Position numbers and translations under genes: made by a program
Notes under the pieces: generated by a model
Seen by the model: the letters and a program-made list of their open reading frames with translations, nothing else
Told to the model about the DNA's origin: nothing
Databases searched by the model: none
Source of the DNA: an uncultured Actinomycetota bacterium
Lineage (GTDB): Bacteria > Actinomycetota > Actinomycetes > Propionibacteriales > Nocardioidaceae
Assembly: GCA_963831375.1 (NCBI GenBank)
Contig: CAWHPY010000026.1
Coordinates: 362,627-426,626 of the forward strand
Length of the DNA: 64,000 bases
Direction: 5' to 3'
Shown: piece after piece, positions 8,344 to 18,533 of the stretch
Position numbering within the stretch: position 1 is the first letter of the stretch
Layout of the letters: the number at the start of each line of letters is the position of its first letter

Positions 8344-9759
8344 ATGCCGGAACTCCACGATCTGACCGCGCTCGAGCAGGCCACCGCGATCCGCGGCGGC
8401 GACGTCTCGCCCACCGAGCTCGTCGAGCACTACCTGGACCGGGTGGATCGCCTCTCCGACCAGACCGGCGCGTTCGTCACCGTGACCGACGAGCGCGCAC
8501 GCAAGCAGGCGAAGCTGGCCGAGTCGCGGTTGGGCGACGAGAACCTGCCCCTTCTCTTCGGGGTGCCGACCGCGATCAAGGACCTGAACCAGACCGCCGG
8601 GATCCGCACCACCTTCGGCTCGGCAACGATGGAGCAGTTCGTGCCGGACGTCTCCGACGAGGTGGTGCTGCGCATCGAGCAGGCCGGGATGATCAGCCTC
8701 GGCAAGACGAACACCCCGGAGTTCGGTTCTCCCTGCTACACCGAGCCCGACGTCGCGCCGGCCGCCCGGACGCCGTACGACCTGGACCGGATGGCCGGTG
8801 GCTCGAGCGGCGGCGCGGGTGCGGCCGTCGCCGCGGGTCTGGTGCCGATCGCACAGGGCTCCGACGGCGGGGGGTCGATCCGGATCCCGGCGAGCTGCTG
8901 CGGGCTGTTCGGACTGAAGCCGAGTCGTGGCCGGATCAGCGGAGGACCCGTGTACGGCGACCCGGTCGGCCTGGGCACGGCCGGACCCCTGAGCCGCACG
9001 GTGCGTGACGCCGCCGCCATGCTCGACGTGATGGCGGGCCCTGCCCCGGGCGACCCTTCCTGGGCCCCGCCGCTGCCGGACGGCGAGAGCTACCTCGGCT
9101 GGTGCGAGCGTGACCCCGGCCGGCTCCGCATCGCCCGGTTCATCGCGCCGGTGATCGCGGACGCCGAGGTGCACGACGAGTGCCGGCTGGCCTACGAGAA
9201 CGCAACTGCCCTGTTGGAGAGCCTCGGTCATGACATCGAGGAGGTCGACGTACCGATCGCGCACGACGCGGTCGCAACCTTCGAGACGTGCTGGTCGGTG
9301 CTCAGCGCGCTCTCGCCGGTCCCGGCCGGCGCGGATCACAGGCTCCGGCCACTGACCCGGTGGCTGCAGGAGCGCGGACGTTCCGTGTCCGGCCCCGACT
9401 TCGGCGTCGCGATCGGTGAGCTGCGCAGGATCGCCGCCCGGGCGCTCGAGAGCCTGGCGGGGTACGACGCGGTGCTGACCCCCACGCTGGCACAGCCACC
9501 GTTGCGCATCGGCGAGATCCGGGACGACGCGGATCCGGCCCAGGACTTCGAGAACCAGAAGCGGTTCACGCCCTACACGTCCGTGTGGAACCTCACCGGG
9601 ATGCCGGCGGTCTCGCTGCCGCTGCACATGACGTCCGCGGGGCTGCCGGTCGGGGTGATGCTCGCCGGCCGGCCCGCCGAGGAGCACCGGCTGCTCGCAC
9701 TGTCGGCACAGGTCGAGTCGGCCGCACCCTGGCGTGACCGGCACCCGACCTGTTGGTGA
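8344..9759 (+). CDS. Amidase-signature family amidase
   Basis: [37 protein letters not shown] (Ser-cisSer-Lys triad motifs). Confidence 0.92.
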   Translation: MPELHDLTALEQATAIRGGDVSPTELVEHYLDRVDRLSDQTGAFVTVTDERARKQAKLAESRLGDENLPLLFGVPTAIKDLNQTAGIRTTFGSATMEQFVPDVSDEVVLRIEQAGMISLGKTNTPEFGSPCYTEPDVAPAARTPYDLDRMAGGSSGGAGAAVAAGLVPIAQGSDGGGSIRIPASCCGLFGLKPSRGRISGGPVYGDPVGLGTAGPLSRTVRDAAAMLDVMAGPAPGDPSWAPPLPDGESYLGWCERDPGRLRIARFIAPVIADAEVHDECRLAYENATALLESLGHDIEEVDVPIAHDAVATFETCWSVLSALSPVPAGADHRLRPLTRWLQERGRSVSGPDFGVAIGELRRIAARALESLAGYDAVLTPTLAQPPLRIGEIRDDADPAQDFENQKRFTPYTSVWNLTGMPAVSLPLHMTSAGLPVGVMLAGRPAEEHRLLALSAQVESAAPWRDRHPTCW

Positions 9760-9785
9760 GCAGCCGGCCACGACACCGAGTACCG

Positions 9786-12332
9786 CTACTCGCTCGAGAT
9801 CGCCCGCAGCACGTTGAGCCGGGCGGCCCGGCGCGCCGGGAACACCGCAGCCAGCACACCCACCAGCGCTGCCACGACGACGAAGATCGCGAGCCGGACG
9901 CTGGGGACCGACAAGTGGGTGATCCCCTGGTCGGCGACCGCCCGCTGCAGCACCACCCCGAACAGCAGGCCCATCGCCACCCCGAGCACAGCACCGAGCA
10001 CCGCGATCGCGATCGACTCCAGCCGGACCATCCGGCGCAGCTGGGACCGGGAGAGCCCGACCGCACGCAGCAGACCGACCTCCCTGGTTCGTTCGATCAC
10101 GCTGAGCGCCAGGGTGTTCACGATCCCGAGCACCGCGATCACGATCGCCAGCCCGAGCAGGGCGTAGATCAGGTACAAGAGCTGGTCGACGCTGGCGCGC
10201 TGCGCCTCGGAGAACTCGTCCTGGGTCTGCACGGTGACGGTGGGGATGTCCTCGACCAGGGAGCTGAGCTCCTTGCCCACGAGCGCCGACGACACGTCGC
10301 TGTCGATGTTCACACCGATCGCGTTGTCGAACCTCGGCAGGCCCGCCTCGTCGACGATCGAGAACGGCACCAACCCGTTGAAGACAACGTTGGACTGCTC
10401 GTAGGTCCCGACGACCTCCGCCTTCTGCTTGCCGGTCGGGAAGCTCACCGTGATGGTGTCACCGACACGGGCCCCGAGGTCCTCGGCGGTCGACTCCGCC
10501 AGGGCGATCTGGCCATCGGACACGTCGACGGTCCCGCTGGCGGCCGTCAGCTCGAAGATCACGTCAAGGTCGGCCGGGTCGGCCACCGTGAGCCCGAGGT
10601 TGTCGGCGCCGACCTTCGCCGGCAGCCACTGCATCGCGGCCACTGCGGCCACCCCGTCGACCTCGCGCGCCTGCTCGGCTATCGAGGTGGAGAACGGCTG
10701 CCCGATCGCGTTGGTGAGCAGGAAGTCCGCGGTGAACTCCTCCTGCACACTGGCGTCGATCGACTTGTTCACCGACGAACCGAGCACCGACATCGTCGTG
10801 ACCAGGGCGAGGCCGATCATCAGCGCGGAGGCGGTCGCGGCCGTACGGCGGGGGTTGCGCAGGGAGTTCTCGGTGGCGAGGGTGCCGACGGTGCCGTACA
10901 TCTTCCGGTACGCCGCACCCAGGGCATGCAGCACCGGACGGCCGATCACCGGGCTCATCAGGGCCACCCCGATCAGGATGGCGAAGACGCCGAGGCCGAC
11001 CAACGTTGCTCCCTGACCGCCCTCCCCGACTAGGCCGGCCACCATCAGCCCGGCACCCACGAGCCCGAGGACCAGCCCGACGATCAACCGTCGGTGCACC
11101 GACGACTCGGGAAGCGCGATGTCGTCGCGCATCGCTGCGACCGGGGCGACCTTGGCGGCACGTCGCGCGGGGAGGTAGGCCGCGAACAAGGTGACCAGCA
11201 CGCCGACCAGGTAGGACACCAGCACGGTTCGGAGCCCGAACACGAGCGGTGTGGCCGACAGGTCGAGGCCGAAGTTGGCGAAGAGCGCCTTCAGGGCAGC
11301 GGCGAGACCAAAGCCCGTGAGCAGACCCAGGGTCGAGCCGACGAAGCCAACCACGATGGCCTCGATGAGGACCGACCGGGTGACCTGCCTGCGCGACGCG
11401 CCCAGCGCACGCAGCAGCGCGAGCTCCCGGCTGCGTTGGGCGACCAGGATCGAGAAGGTGTTGATGATCAGGAAGGTTCCGACCACCAGGGCGATGGCGG
11501 CGAAGACCAGCAGGAAGATGTTGAGGAAGTTCAGCACCTCACCGATCGCGTCCTGGGTCTCCTTGGCCACCTTGTCACCGGTGACCGCCTCCAACCCCTC
11601 GGGCAGCATCTGCTGCGCGGTGGCGGCGAGCTCCGACTGGCTGACACCTTCCTCGGCGGTCAGGGCGACGGAGTGGTACGCGTCGCGGCCGTCGAGGAAG
11701 AGGTCCTGCGCGGTGGGGGTGTCGAACAGCACCAGGGAGGCGCCGGCGAGCCCACCGCCGCCGAACTCTGCGATCCCGGCCAGGGTCGCGGTGCGGTGCG
11801 GAGTCTCGCCCGAGCTGAGCATCTGCACGGTGTCGCCGATGCCGTAGCCCGCCGTGTCGGCGGTCCGCTCGTCGAGGGCGACCTCATCCGGCCCTCGGGG
11901 CTCCTCGCCTTCGCTGATCAGCACCGCGGGCTCGCCCGTGATGGACGGCGCGTCGTTGTAGTTGAAGCTGAGAGTGGGTGCGCCGGTGCCACCGACGAGC
12001 TTGCCGTCGTCACCGACGATGAACAGGCTCTGGCTCTGCACGGTGCCGTCCACGCGTGCGGCACCGTCGGTGCTCTCGAGCTCGCGCAGCAACTCCGCGG
12101 TGATGGTCCGGGTGTCGATCGTGGCCGACTGGTCGTCCCACGCGCCGGCGCCGTCGGGACGCACGGTGACGTCGGAGGTGCCGCCCTTCACGATGTCGTC
12201 GAAGCTCTTGCCCATCGTGTCGGTGAACACCAGCGTGCCGGCGACGAATGCCACCCCGATCACAATCGCCGATGCGCTCAGCACCAGACGGATCTTGCGC
12301 GCAACCAGGTTGCGCCAGGTCACTCGCAGCAA
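9786..12332 (-). CDS. ABC transporter permease, duplicated MacB/FtsX-type
   Basis: Two FtsX repeats (INTFSILVAQRSRELALLRALGA; IVNTLALSVIERTREVGLLRAVG) with large extracellular domains. Confidence 0.92.
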   Translation of the reverse strand: MLRVTWRNLVARKIRLVLSASAIVIGVAFVAGTLVFTDTMGKSFDDIVKGGTSDVTVRPDGAGAWDDQSATIDTRTITAELLRELESTDGAARVDGTVQSQSLFIVGDDGKLVGGTGAPTLSFNYNDAPSITGEPAVLISEGEEPRGPDEVALDERTADTAGYGIGDTVQMLSSGETPHRTATLAGIAEFGGGGLAGASLVLFDTPTAQDLFLDGRDAYHSVALTAEEGVSQSELAATAQQMLPEGLEAVTGDKVAKETQDAIGEVLNFLNIFLLVFAAIALVVGTFLIINTFSILVAQRSRELALLRALGASRRQVTRSVLIEAIVVGFVGSTLGLLTGFGLAAALKALFANFGLDLSATPLVFGLRTVLVSYLVGVLVTLFAAYLPARRAAKVAPVAAMRDDIALPESSVHRRLIVGLVLGLVGAGLMVAGLVGEGGQGATLVGLGVFAILIGVALMSPVIGRPVLHALGAAYRKMYGTVGTLATENSLRNPRRTAATASALMIGLALVTTMSVLGSSVNKSIDASVQEEFTADFLLTNAIGQPFSTSIAEQAREVDGVAAVAAMQWLPAKVGADNLGLTVADPADLDVIFELTAASGTVDVSDGQIALAESTAEDLGARVGDTITVSFPTGKQKAEVVGTYEQSNVVFNGLVPFSIVDEAGLPRFDNAIGVNIDSDVSSALVGKELSSLVEDIPTVTVQTQDEFSEAQRASVDQLLYLIYALLGLAIVIAVLGIVNTLALSVIERTREVGLLRAVGLSRSQLRRMVRLESIAIAVLGAVLGVAMGLLFGVVLQRAVADQGITHLSVPSVRLAIFVVVAALVGVLAAVFPARRAARLNVLRAISSE

Positions 12333-12335
12333 GGG

Positions 12336-13103
12336 TCAGCGCTCCTCTGCGGGCGATGCCGCGGCCATTGCGTGGGTCTGGATGGCGGCCATCCGCTCGA
12401 GCACGCTGTCAGCGGTCGGCGCGTACATCTCGTCCACGACCTTGCCGTCGGCGAGGAACACGACCCGGTCGGTGTAGGACGCGGCCACCGGGTCGTGGGT
12501 GACCATCACGATGGTCTGCCCGAAGTCGCGGACGCTGCGCTGCAGGAACCCGAGCACCTCCGCACCCGAGGTCGAGTCGAGGTTCCCGGTGGGCTCGTCG
12601 GCGAACACGATCGAGGGTCGGCTGACCAGCGCACGGGCGCAGGCGACCCGCTGCTGCTGGCCTCCCGACATCTCGTTCGGACGGTGGCTGAGCCGGTCGC
12701 GCAGGTTCACCGTGTCGATCACCGTGTCGAACCACTCCATGTCGGGCTTCCTGCCCGCGATCGACAGTGGCAGCAGGATGTTCTCCCGCGCGCTCAGGGT
12801 GGGAACCAGGTTGAAGGCCTGGAACACGAAGCCGATGTCGTCGCGACGGAGCTCGGTCAGCTTCTTGTCGTTGAGCGTGGAGAGGTCCGTCTCACCGATC
12901 AGGACCTGACCGGACGTAGCCGTGTCCAGCGCGGCTATACAGTGCATGAGCGTGGATTTGCCCGAACCGGACGGGCCCATGATCGCGGTGAACTGACCGG
13001 CGAACAGGTCAAGGGTCACCCCGTCGAGTGCATGGACCTCGGCTTGTCCCTTGCCGTAGACCTTGGTCAGGTCGATGGCGCGGGCGGCGGCTGTCTCGGA
13101 CAT
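12336..13103 (-). CDS. ABC transporter ATP-binding protein (LolD/MacB type)
   Basis: GPSGSGKST, MSGGQQQRVA, FADEPTGNLD. Confidence 0.95.
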   Translation of the reverse strand: MSETAAARAIDLTKVYGKGQAEVHALDGVTLDLFAGQFTAIMGPSGSGKSTLMHCIAALDTATSGQVLIGETDLSTLNDKKLTELRRDDIGFVFQAFNLVPTLSARENILLPLSIAGRKPDMEWFDTVIDTVNLRDRLSHRPNEMSGGQQQRVACARALVSRPSIVFADEPTGNLDSTSGAEVLGFLQRSVRDFGQTIVMVTHDPVAASYTDRVVFLADGKVVDEMYAPTADSVLERMAAIQTHAMAAASPAEER

Positions 13104-13225
13104 GTGGCTCCCCAAAGCTACGGACAACGGTGATGCCGGCAACGCTAGCCGTCAGGGGGGTCGAGCCTCCAAGGGTTTTACATTTCCGTAGAGTGACCTG
13201 GACCACCGGCGAATAGGGTGGACTC

Positions 13226-13615
13226 ATGGCCCTGCGAACGAAGACGCAATGGTGGGGTGTCGTGCTCGACGCACCTGACGGCCCCGAGCTGGCCCGCTTC
13301 TACGCGCGGCTGCTCGGCTGGCGGATCTTCAACGAGTCCGAGGGCTGGGCCGACCTCGCCCCTTCGGAGGACGCCGGGTACAACCTCGCGTTCGCGACCG
13401 AGGAGAACTACGCCCGACCGGTCTGGCCGACCGAGGAGGGCAAGCCGCAGATGATGATGCATCTCGATATCGAGGTCGACGACCTGGAGCCAGCGGTGGC
13501 GTACGCCGTCGAGTGCGGCGCGGAGGTGGCGTCGTACCAGCCGCAGGAGACGGTGCGCGTGCTGCTCGACCCGGCCGGTCACCCGTTCTGCCTCTACCTC
13601 GACACCGACGACTGA
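13226..13615 (+). CDS. VOC/glyoxalase-like family protein
   Basis: VVLDAPD..ELARFYARLLGW, MHLDIEVDDL, VLLDPAGHPFCL; TAGGGT -10 six nt before ATG. Confidence 0.9.
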   Translation: MALRTKTQWWGVVLDAPDGPELARFYARLLGWRIFNESEGWADLAPSEDAGYNLAFATEENYARPVWPTEEGKPQMMMHLDIEVDDLEPAVAYAVECGAEVASYQPQETVRVLLDPAGHPFCLYLDTDD

Positions 13616-13643
13616 CCGACCGGTCCCGCTTCGGGCCGGTCGG
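13616..13643. terminator. Hairpin between convergent genes
   Basis: CCGACCGGTCCC-GCTTC-GGGCCGGTCGG. Confidence 0.55.
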
Positions 13644-13652
13644 GCCATCGCG

Positions 13653-14573
13653 TCAGACGCTCGCAGGTTCGGATGCCACGAGCAGCCGGTCACACTCGGA
13701 GATCAGCCGTGCCCGCAGGGGCGCGCCACGCCCGGCGAACGACCGTTGCGCCGCGACGTACTCCTGCTTCCCCGCCGACGTCTCGACGCGGACGGGGGAG
13801 TAGCCGAGCGAGGACAGGTCGTACGGCGACGCCCGCATGTCGAGCACCCGGACGTCGCGGGCGAGCTCGAAGCAGTCCGCGACCAGCTCGGAGCACACGA
13901 GTGGCGTGAGCCGGAACGCGTGCTTGTACAGGTCCATCCCCGCATGTAGACAGCCCGGCTGCTCGAACGCAGGCCGGTCGTCTCGAGCGGGCTGCAGGAT
14001 GTTCAGCGGCCGGGCCGGCGCCGTGAAGAACCGGTACGCGTCGAAGTGGGTGCACGCGATCCGGTGGGACTCCACGACCTCGTCGGTCCCGGACGCCCCG
14101 AGCCGCAGCGGCCACGAGGAGTGACGGACATCGGAATGCTCGAGCCGGTAGACCATCGCCCACTCGTGCATCCCGAAGCAGCCGAGCTGCGCCGGGCGGC
14201 CCGCCGTCGCCGAGAGCAGGGTGCGCAGCGAGCTGATCAGGGGCCGCTGCGCCTCTACATGGGCCCGGCCGACACCGACCCGGTCCCCCTGCCCGTCGTA
14301 CCGCTGCCCGTCGTACCCCTTGAGGGCGAGGTAGTCGGCGGTGCCGGACCCCGCGAGCGCGAAGCCGAACCCCGGATGCCACCGGCGCAGCGCGGCCGGC
14401 CGCTGGGAGTAGTAGGTGAACAGGAAGTCCTCCACCGGGTGCATGTCGCCGCTGCCTCGCCGGGCGAGGTACGGCTGGATCCAGGGGTCTACCCGTGCCT
14501 CGTGGGCGTCCCGGCGGGCATGCCAGGTCGGCTCGTCGAGGACCTCGACCGGGGGTGCAGCCACCTTTTCCAC
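13653..14573 (-). CDS. Conserved actinobacterial protein, family often labelled 3-methyladenine DNA glycosylase (function not evident from sequence)
   Basis: HPVEDFLFTYY, CFGMHEWAMVYR, CTHFDAYRFFT, EQPGCLHAGMDLYK, DMRASPYDL; GTG start 7 nt after TACCCT. Confidence 0.8.
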   Translation of the reverse strand: MEKVAAPPVEVLDEPTWHARRDAHEARVDPWIQPYLARRGSGDMHPVEDFLFTYYSQRPAALRRWHPGFGFALAGSGTADYLALKGYDGQRYDGQGDRVGVGRAHVEAQRPLISSLRTLLSATAGRPAQLGCFGMHEWAMVYRLEHSDVRHSSWPLRLGASGTDEVVESHRIACTHFDAYRFFTAPARPLNILQPARDDRPAFEQPGCLHAGMDLYKHAFRLTPLVCSELVADCFELARDVRVLDMRASPYDLSSLGYSPVRVETSAGKQEYVAAQRSFAGRGAPLRARLISECDRLLVASEPASV

Positions 14574-14625
14574 ACCGTCGAGGGTAGTAACCCGGCCAAC
14601 CTCGCGCCGCGGGTAGGCTCGCCCC

Positions 14626-15423
14626 GTGCGTATCGCAAGATTCACCACCGGAGACGACCCGCAGTACGGCGTGGTCACCGGCGACGTGGACGACCTCGGG
14701 ATCCCGGCAGAGGACTCGATGGTGGTCGCGCTCGCGGGCGACCCGTTGTACGTCGGCGTGAACCTCACCGACCAGGAGCACAAGCTCGCCGACGTGCGAC
14801 TGCTGGCGCCGGTGATCCCGCGCAGCAAGGTGGTCGGGATCGGCCGCAACTACGCCGCGCACGCCGCCGAGCTGGGCAACGACGTGCCTGAGGAACCCCT
14901 GATGTTCCTCAAGCCGAACACCTCGGTGATCGGTCCAGGCGACCCGGTCTTCTACCCCAGGCAGAGCAGCAACGTGCACTACGAGGGCGAGCTCGCGGTG
15001 GTGATCAGCCGGATCTGCCGCGACGTCCCCGTCGAGCGGGCCAACGACGTGATCTATGGGTACACCGTCGGCAACGACGTGACCGCGCGCGACCTGCAGA
15101 AGAGTGACGTGCAGTTCACCCGCGGGAAGGGCTTCGACTCGTTCTGTCCGCTCGGTCCATGGATCGAGACCGAGCTCGACACCAGCGACCTCCGCGTCAC
15201 CACCCACCTCAACGGCGACCTGATGCAGGACGGCTCCACCAAGGACCTGATCTTCGACGTGGCGACGCTGATCGCCTACGTCTCCTCGGTGATGACGCTG
15301 CTGCCGGGCGACGTCATCCTCACCGGCACCCCGGACGGTGTCGGGCCCATGAACCCCGGTGACGAGGTCGAAGTGGCCGTCACCGGCATCGGAACTCTGA
15401 CGAACAAGGTGGTATCCCGGTGA
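14626..15423 (+). CDS. Fumarylacetoacetate hydrolase family protein
   Basis: GIGRNYAAH, P.MFLKP, HYEGELAVVI, GYTVGNDVTARD, GKGFDSFCPLGP, GDVILTGTP; usual position upstream of gltX. Confidence 0.93.
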   Translation: MRIARFTTGDDPQYGVVTGDVDDLGIPAEDSMVVALAGDPLYVGVNLTDQEHKLADVRLLAPVIPRSKVVGIGRNYAAHAAELGNDVPEEPLMFLKPNTSVIGPGDPVFYPRQSSNVHYEGELAVVISRICRDVPVERANDVIYGYTVGNDVTARDLQKSDVQFTRGKGFDSFCPLGPWIETELDTSDLRVTTHLNGDLMQDGSTKDLIFDVATLIAYVSSVMTLLPGDVILTGTPDGVGPMNPGDEVEVAVTGIGTLTNKVVSR

Positions 15424-16955
15424 CTGACGTCCCCTCTGGCAGCGCGGCGGTTCCGGGCGACACCGTGCTCGGCGACCTGGAGCCTTCCAAGGTGCGCGTG
15501 CGGTTCCCACCGTCCCCGACCGGCTCTCTCCACGTCGGGAACGTCCGCAGCGCCCTGTTCAACTGGGCGTTCGCCCGGCACTACGGTGGCACCCTGGTGC
15601 TCCGCATCGAGGACACCGACCTCGCCCGCAACACCCCGGAGGGCTATGCGTCGGTGATCGACTCGCTGCGCTGGCTCGGCATCGAGTGGGACGAGGGCCC
15701 CGAGGTCGGTGGCCCGTTCGCGCCGTACCTCCAGTCCGAGCGGTTCGACAAGTACGCCGGCATCGCCGACCAGCTTCGCGCGGCCGGCAAGGCCTACGAC
15801 TGCTACTGCTCGCAGGAGGAGGTCGAGGTGCGCCGTGAGGCGGCCAGGGCCGAGAACAAGACGAGCGGGTACGACGGACACTGCCGCGAGCTGTCCGCGC
15901 AGGAGAGGGCAGCGTTCATCGCGCAGGAACGCAAACCCGTCCTGCGGTTCCGGATGCCCGACCGGCCGATCGTCTTCCAGGACCTGGTCCGCGGGGAGAT
16001 CACGTTCCTTCCCGAGCACGTGCCGGACTTCGTGCTGGTCCGCGCCAACGGGCACCCGCTCTACACGCTGGTGAACCCGGTCGACGACGCGCTGATGGAG
16101 ATCACCCACGTCCTGCGGGGGGAGGACCTGCTGTCGTCCACGCCCCGGCAGATCGCCCTCTACGAGGCGCTGCAGGATCTCGGCGTCGGCATCGGGGCGC
16201 CACGCTTCGGGCACCTCCCGATCGTGATGGGGGAGGGCAACAAGCGACTCTCCAAGCGGGACAAGGGATCCGGCCTCACCGAGTACATCGAGCGGGGCTT
16301 CCTGCCCGAGGGGATCCTGAACTACCTGGCGCTGCTCGGCTGGGGCATCGCCGAGGACCGTGACGTGTTCACGATGGCGGAGATGGCCGAGGCGTTCGAC
16401 ATCCGTCGGGTGAACCCGAACCCCGCCCGCTTCGACTACAAGAAGTGTGAAGCGATCAACGCCGCCCACCTCCGGTCGCTCAGCGTCGACGACCTGACCG
16501 AGCGGATGATCCCGTACCTCCAGCGCGCCGAGATCCTCGGCGACCGGGTGACCCGCGAACAGCGTGCCCTGCTCGCGCAGGCGGCGCCGCTGGTGCATGA
16601 GCGGATGACCACGCTGAGCGAGTCGGTGGACATGCTCGGCTTCCTGTTCCTCGACGACGCCTCCTTCGAACGTGACCCCGCGGACGCCGAGAAGCTGCTG
16701 AACCAGGAAGGCCGGGCGGTGGTCAAGGCCGCCCATGACGCACTCGCCGAGCTCAGCTCCTGGGACACCGCCTCCATCGACGAGGCGCTGCGTCGCGCGC
16801 TGGTCGAGGAGCTGGGACTCAAGCCGCGCAACGCGTTCGGCCCGGTTCGGGTCGCGGTCACCGGCCGACGCATCTCTCCGCCGTTGTTCGAGTCCCTCGA
16901 GCTGCTGGGCAGGGACCGTGCGTTGGCCCGGTTGACGAGTGCGCAGGAAGGCTGA
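15420..16955 (+). CDS. gltX: Glutamate--tRNA ligase
   Basis: RFPPSPTGSLHVGN (HIGH), RIEDTD, RGED, KRLSKR (KMSKS). Confidence 0.97.
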   Translation: MTDVPSGSAAVPGDTVLGDLEPSKVRVRFPPSPTGSLHVGNVRSALFNWAFARHYGGTLVLRIEDTDLARNTPEGYASVIDSLRWLGIEWDEGPEVGGPFAPYLQSERFDKYAGIADQLRAAGKAYDCYCSQEEVEVRREAARAENKTSGYDGHCRELSAQERAAFIAQERKPVLRFRMPDRPIVFQDLVRGEITFLPEHVPDFVLVRANGHPLYTLVNPVDDALMEITHVLRGEDLLSSTPRQIALYEALQDLGVGIGAPRFGHLPIVMGEGNKRLSKRDKGSGLTEYIERGFLPEGILNYLALLGWGIAEDRDVFTMAEMAEAFDIRRVNPNPARFDYKKCEAINAAHLRSLSVDDLTERMIPYLQRAEILGDRVTREQRALLAQAAPLVHERMTTLSESVDMLGFLFLDDASFERDPADAEKLLNQEGRAVVKAAHDALAELSSWDTASIDEALRRALVEELGLKPRNAFGPVRVAVTGRRISPPLFESLELLGRDRALARLTSAQEG

Positions 16956-18125
16956 GTGACCAGCGGTGGAGGGGGAAACGGGATGAGCGGCCAGTACCCA
17001 GGCGGCCCCTATCCGGGGGGCGGCCAGCAGCCGTACCCTGGCGGCAATCCGCAGCAGCCGCAGTGGACCCCCCCGCAGCAGCCGCCGCACGGGGGACCGC
17101 CGGCCCAGTGGGGACCGCAGTGGGGGCCGCCCGTCCAGCCGCCACCGGCCGCTCCGTTGCCGAGCTACCCGCACCCCGAGCCCCGCGAGTACCACCAGAT
17201 GCTCCGCACCTGGAACTACGCCTGGTGGAAGCCGGTCGTCGGCATCCTCCTCGTCGGCTTCGGCATGATCATCGTCGCACCGCTCGTGCTGATGCCGGTG
17301 CTCGTCGCCGGCGTCGCGATCGAGGGTGGACCGTTCTGGGAGAACTTCGAGAAGGCGGCGACCCTGCAGGCGATCGGCCCTTCGTCGCTGTTGTACCTCA
17401 ACCTCACCCTGGGCTCGACGATCCTGGTCACCTGGTTCGTGATGCGGGTGATCCACCGGATGCGGCCGCGGTGGCTCACCTCAGTCGTGCCCAAGATGCG
17501 GTGGAGGTTCTTCTTCATCTGTCTCGGTCTGGCGGTGCTCGCGCTGATCGCGCAGATCGGGGTCAGCGCACTGCTGCCCGGTTCCCAAGAGGCGGATGTC
17601 AGCCAGGAGATGAACGACTTCACCGCGACCACCGCGGTCCTCGCGATCATCGTGCTGCTCACCACCCCGCTCCAGGCGGCCGGGGAGGAGTACGTCTTCC
17701 GGGGCTACCTGATGCAGGCGCTGGGGTCGCTGTTCCTCAACAAGTGGGTGGCGCTGATCGTGACCGCGAGCCTGTTCGCGGTGGCGCACGGCGTGCAGAA
17801 CTTCCCGCTGTTCTTCGACCGGTTCATGTTCGGCCTGATCGCGGGTTGGCTCGTCGTCAGGACCGGTGGTCTCGAGGCCGGCATCGCGATGCACATCCTG
17901 AACAACTTCCTGGCCTTCGGCTTCGCGTTGACCTTCTCCGACCTGACCGAGACGCTGAACGTCTCCGAGGTCGGCTGGAGCAACATCCCGCTCACACTGA
18001 CACAGTCGATCGCCTATGCGCTGCTGGTGCTTCTCGTGGCCAGAAAGCTGAACCTGCGCACCCGGACGAACCCGCCAGTGCAGGCCTCGCCGGCCTCCGA
18101 TGTGAGTGTGCTCACCCACGGCTGA
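16956..18125 (+). CDS. CPBP (CAAX/Abi-type) intramembrane metalloprotease with Pro/Gln/Gly-rich N-terminus
   Basis: GEEYVFRGYL, FAVAH, GGLEAGIAMHILNN. Confidence 0.9.
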   Translation: MTSGGGGNGMSGQYPGGPYPGGGQQPYPGGNPQQPQWTPPQQPPHGGPPAQWGPQWGPPVQPPPAAPLPSYPHPEPREYHQMLRTWNYAWWKPVVGILLVGFGMIIVAPLVLMPVLVAGVAIEGGPFWENFEKAATLQAIGPSSLLYLNLTLGSTILVTWFVMRVIHRMRPRWLTSVVPKMRWRFFFICLGLAVLALIAQIGVSALLPGSQEADVSQEMNDFTATTAVLAIIVLLTTPLQAAGEEYVFRGYLMQALGSLFLNKWVALIVTASLFAVAHGVQNFPLFFDRFMFGLIAGWLVVRTGGLEAGIAMHILNNFLAFGFALTFSDLTETLNVSEVGWSNIPLTLTQSIAYALLVLLVARKLNLRTRTNPPVQASPASDVSVLTHG

Positions 18126-18142
18126 TCCGGCCGTTGACCGTT

Positions 18143-18172
18143 TTGGTCGTCAGCGGGTGGCGCGTGTATTCT
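18143..18172 (+). promoter_or_regulatory. Putative promoter of the tRNA pair
   Basis: TTGGTC-N18-TATTCT, followed by a GGCTTC-GCAA-GAAGCC hairpin (18181-18196) in the leader. Confidence 0.55.
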
Positions 18173-18204
18173 CAACCGTCGGCTTCGCAAGAAGCCCGAT
18201 CCCA

Positions 18205-18276
18205 TGGGGTATGGGGTAATTGGCAGCCCGACTGGTTCTGGTCCAGTTAGTCTAGGTTCGAGTCCTAGTACCCCAG
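18205..18276 (+). tRNA. tRNA-Gln (anticodon CTG)
   Basis: Acceptor TGGGGTA/TACCCCA, anticodon arm ACTGG-TTCTGGT-CCAGT, T-loop GGTTCGAGTCC. Confidence 0.96.
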
Positions 18277-18344
18277 CTAGAGCAGACAATGACGCTGCGA
18301 TTGGACTCCTCAGAGTCCGGTCGGCTAGAGTTCCGTCCGCTCGG

Positions 18345-18420
18345 GCCCCCGTTGTGTAGTGGCCTAGCACGCCGCCCTCTCAAGGCGGTAGCGCCGGTTC
18401 GAATCCGGTCGGGGGTACCA
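18345..18420 (+). tRNA. tRNA-Glu (anticodon CTC), CCA encoded
   Basis: Acceptor GCCCCCG/CGGGGGT, anticodon arm CCGCC-CTCTCAA-GGCGG, GGTTCGAATCC, 3' ACCA. Confidence 0.97.
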
Positions 18421-18433
18421 CCCAGGCAAGATT

Positions 18434-18460
18434 CCCAGTCGCAGCGCGACTGGGTTTTTT
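18434..18460 (+). terminator. Intrinsic terminator after tRNA-Glu
   Basis: CCCAGTCGC-AGC-GCGACTGGG-TTTTTT. Confidence 0.9.
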
Positions 18461-18533
18461 GTTTCCGGACGGCTCTGCGGTCATGTCCGATTTCCGCTAG
18501 CGCAGCGCCGCCGCGTCGGGGAGGATCGTGGGC

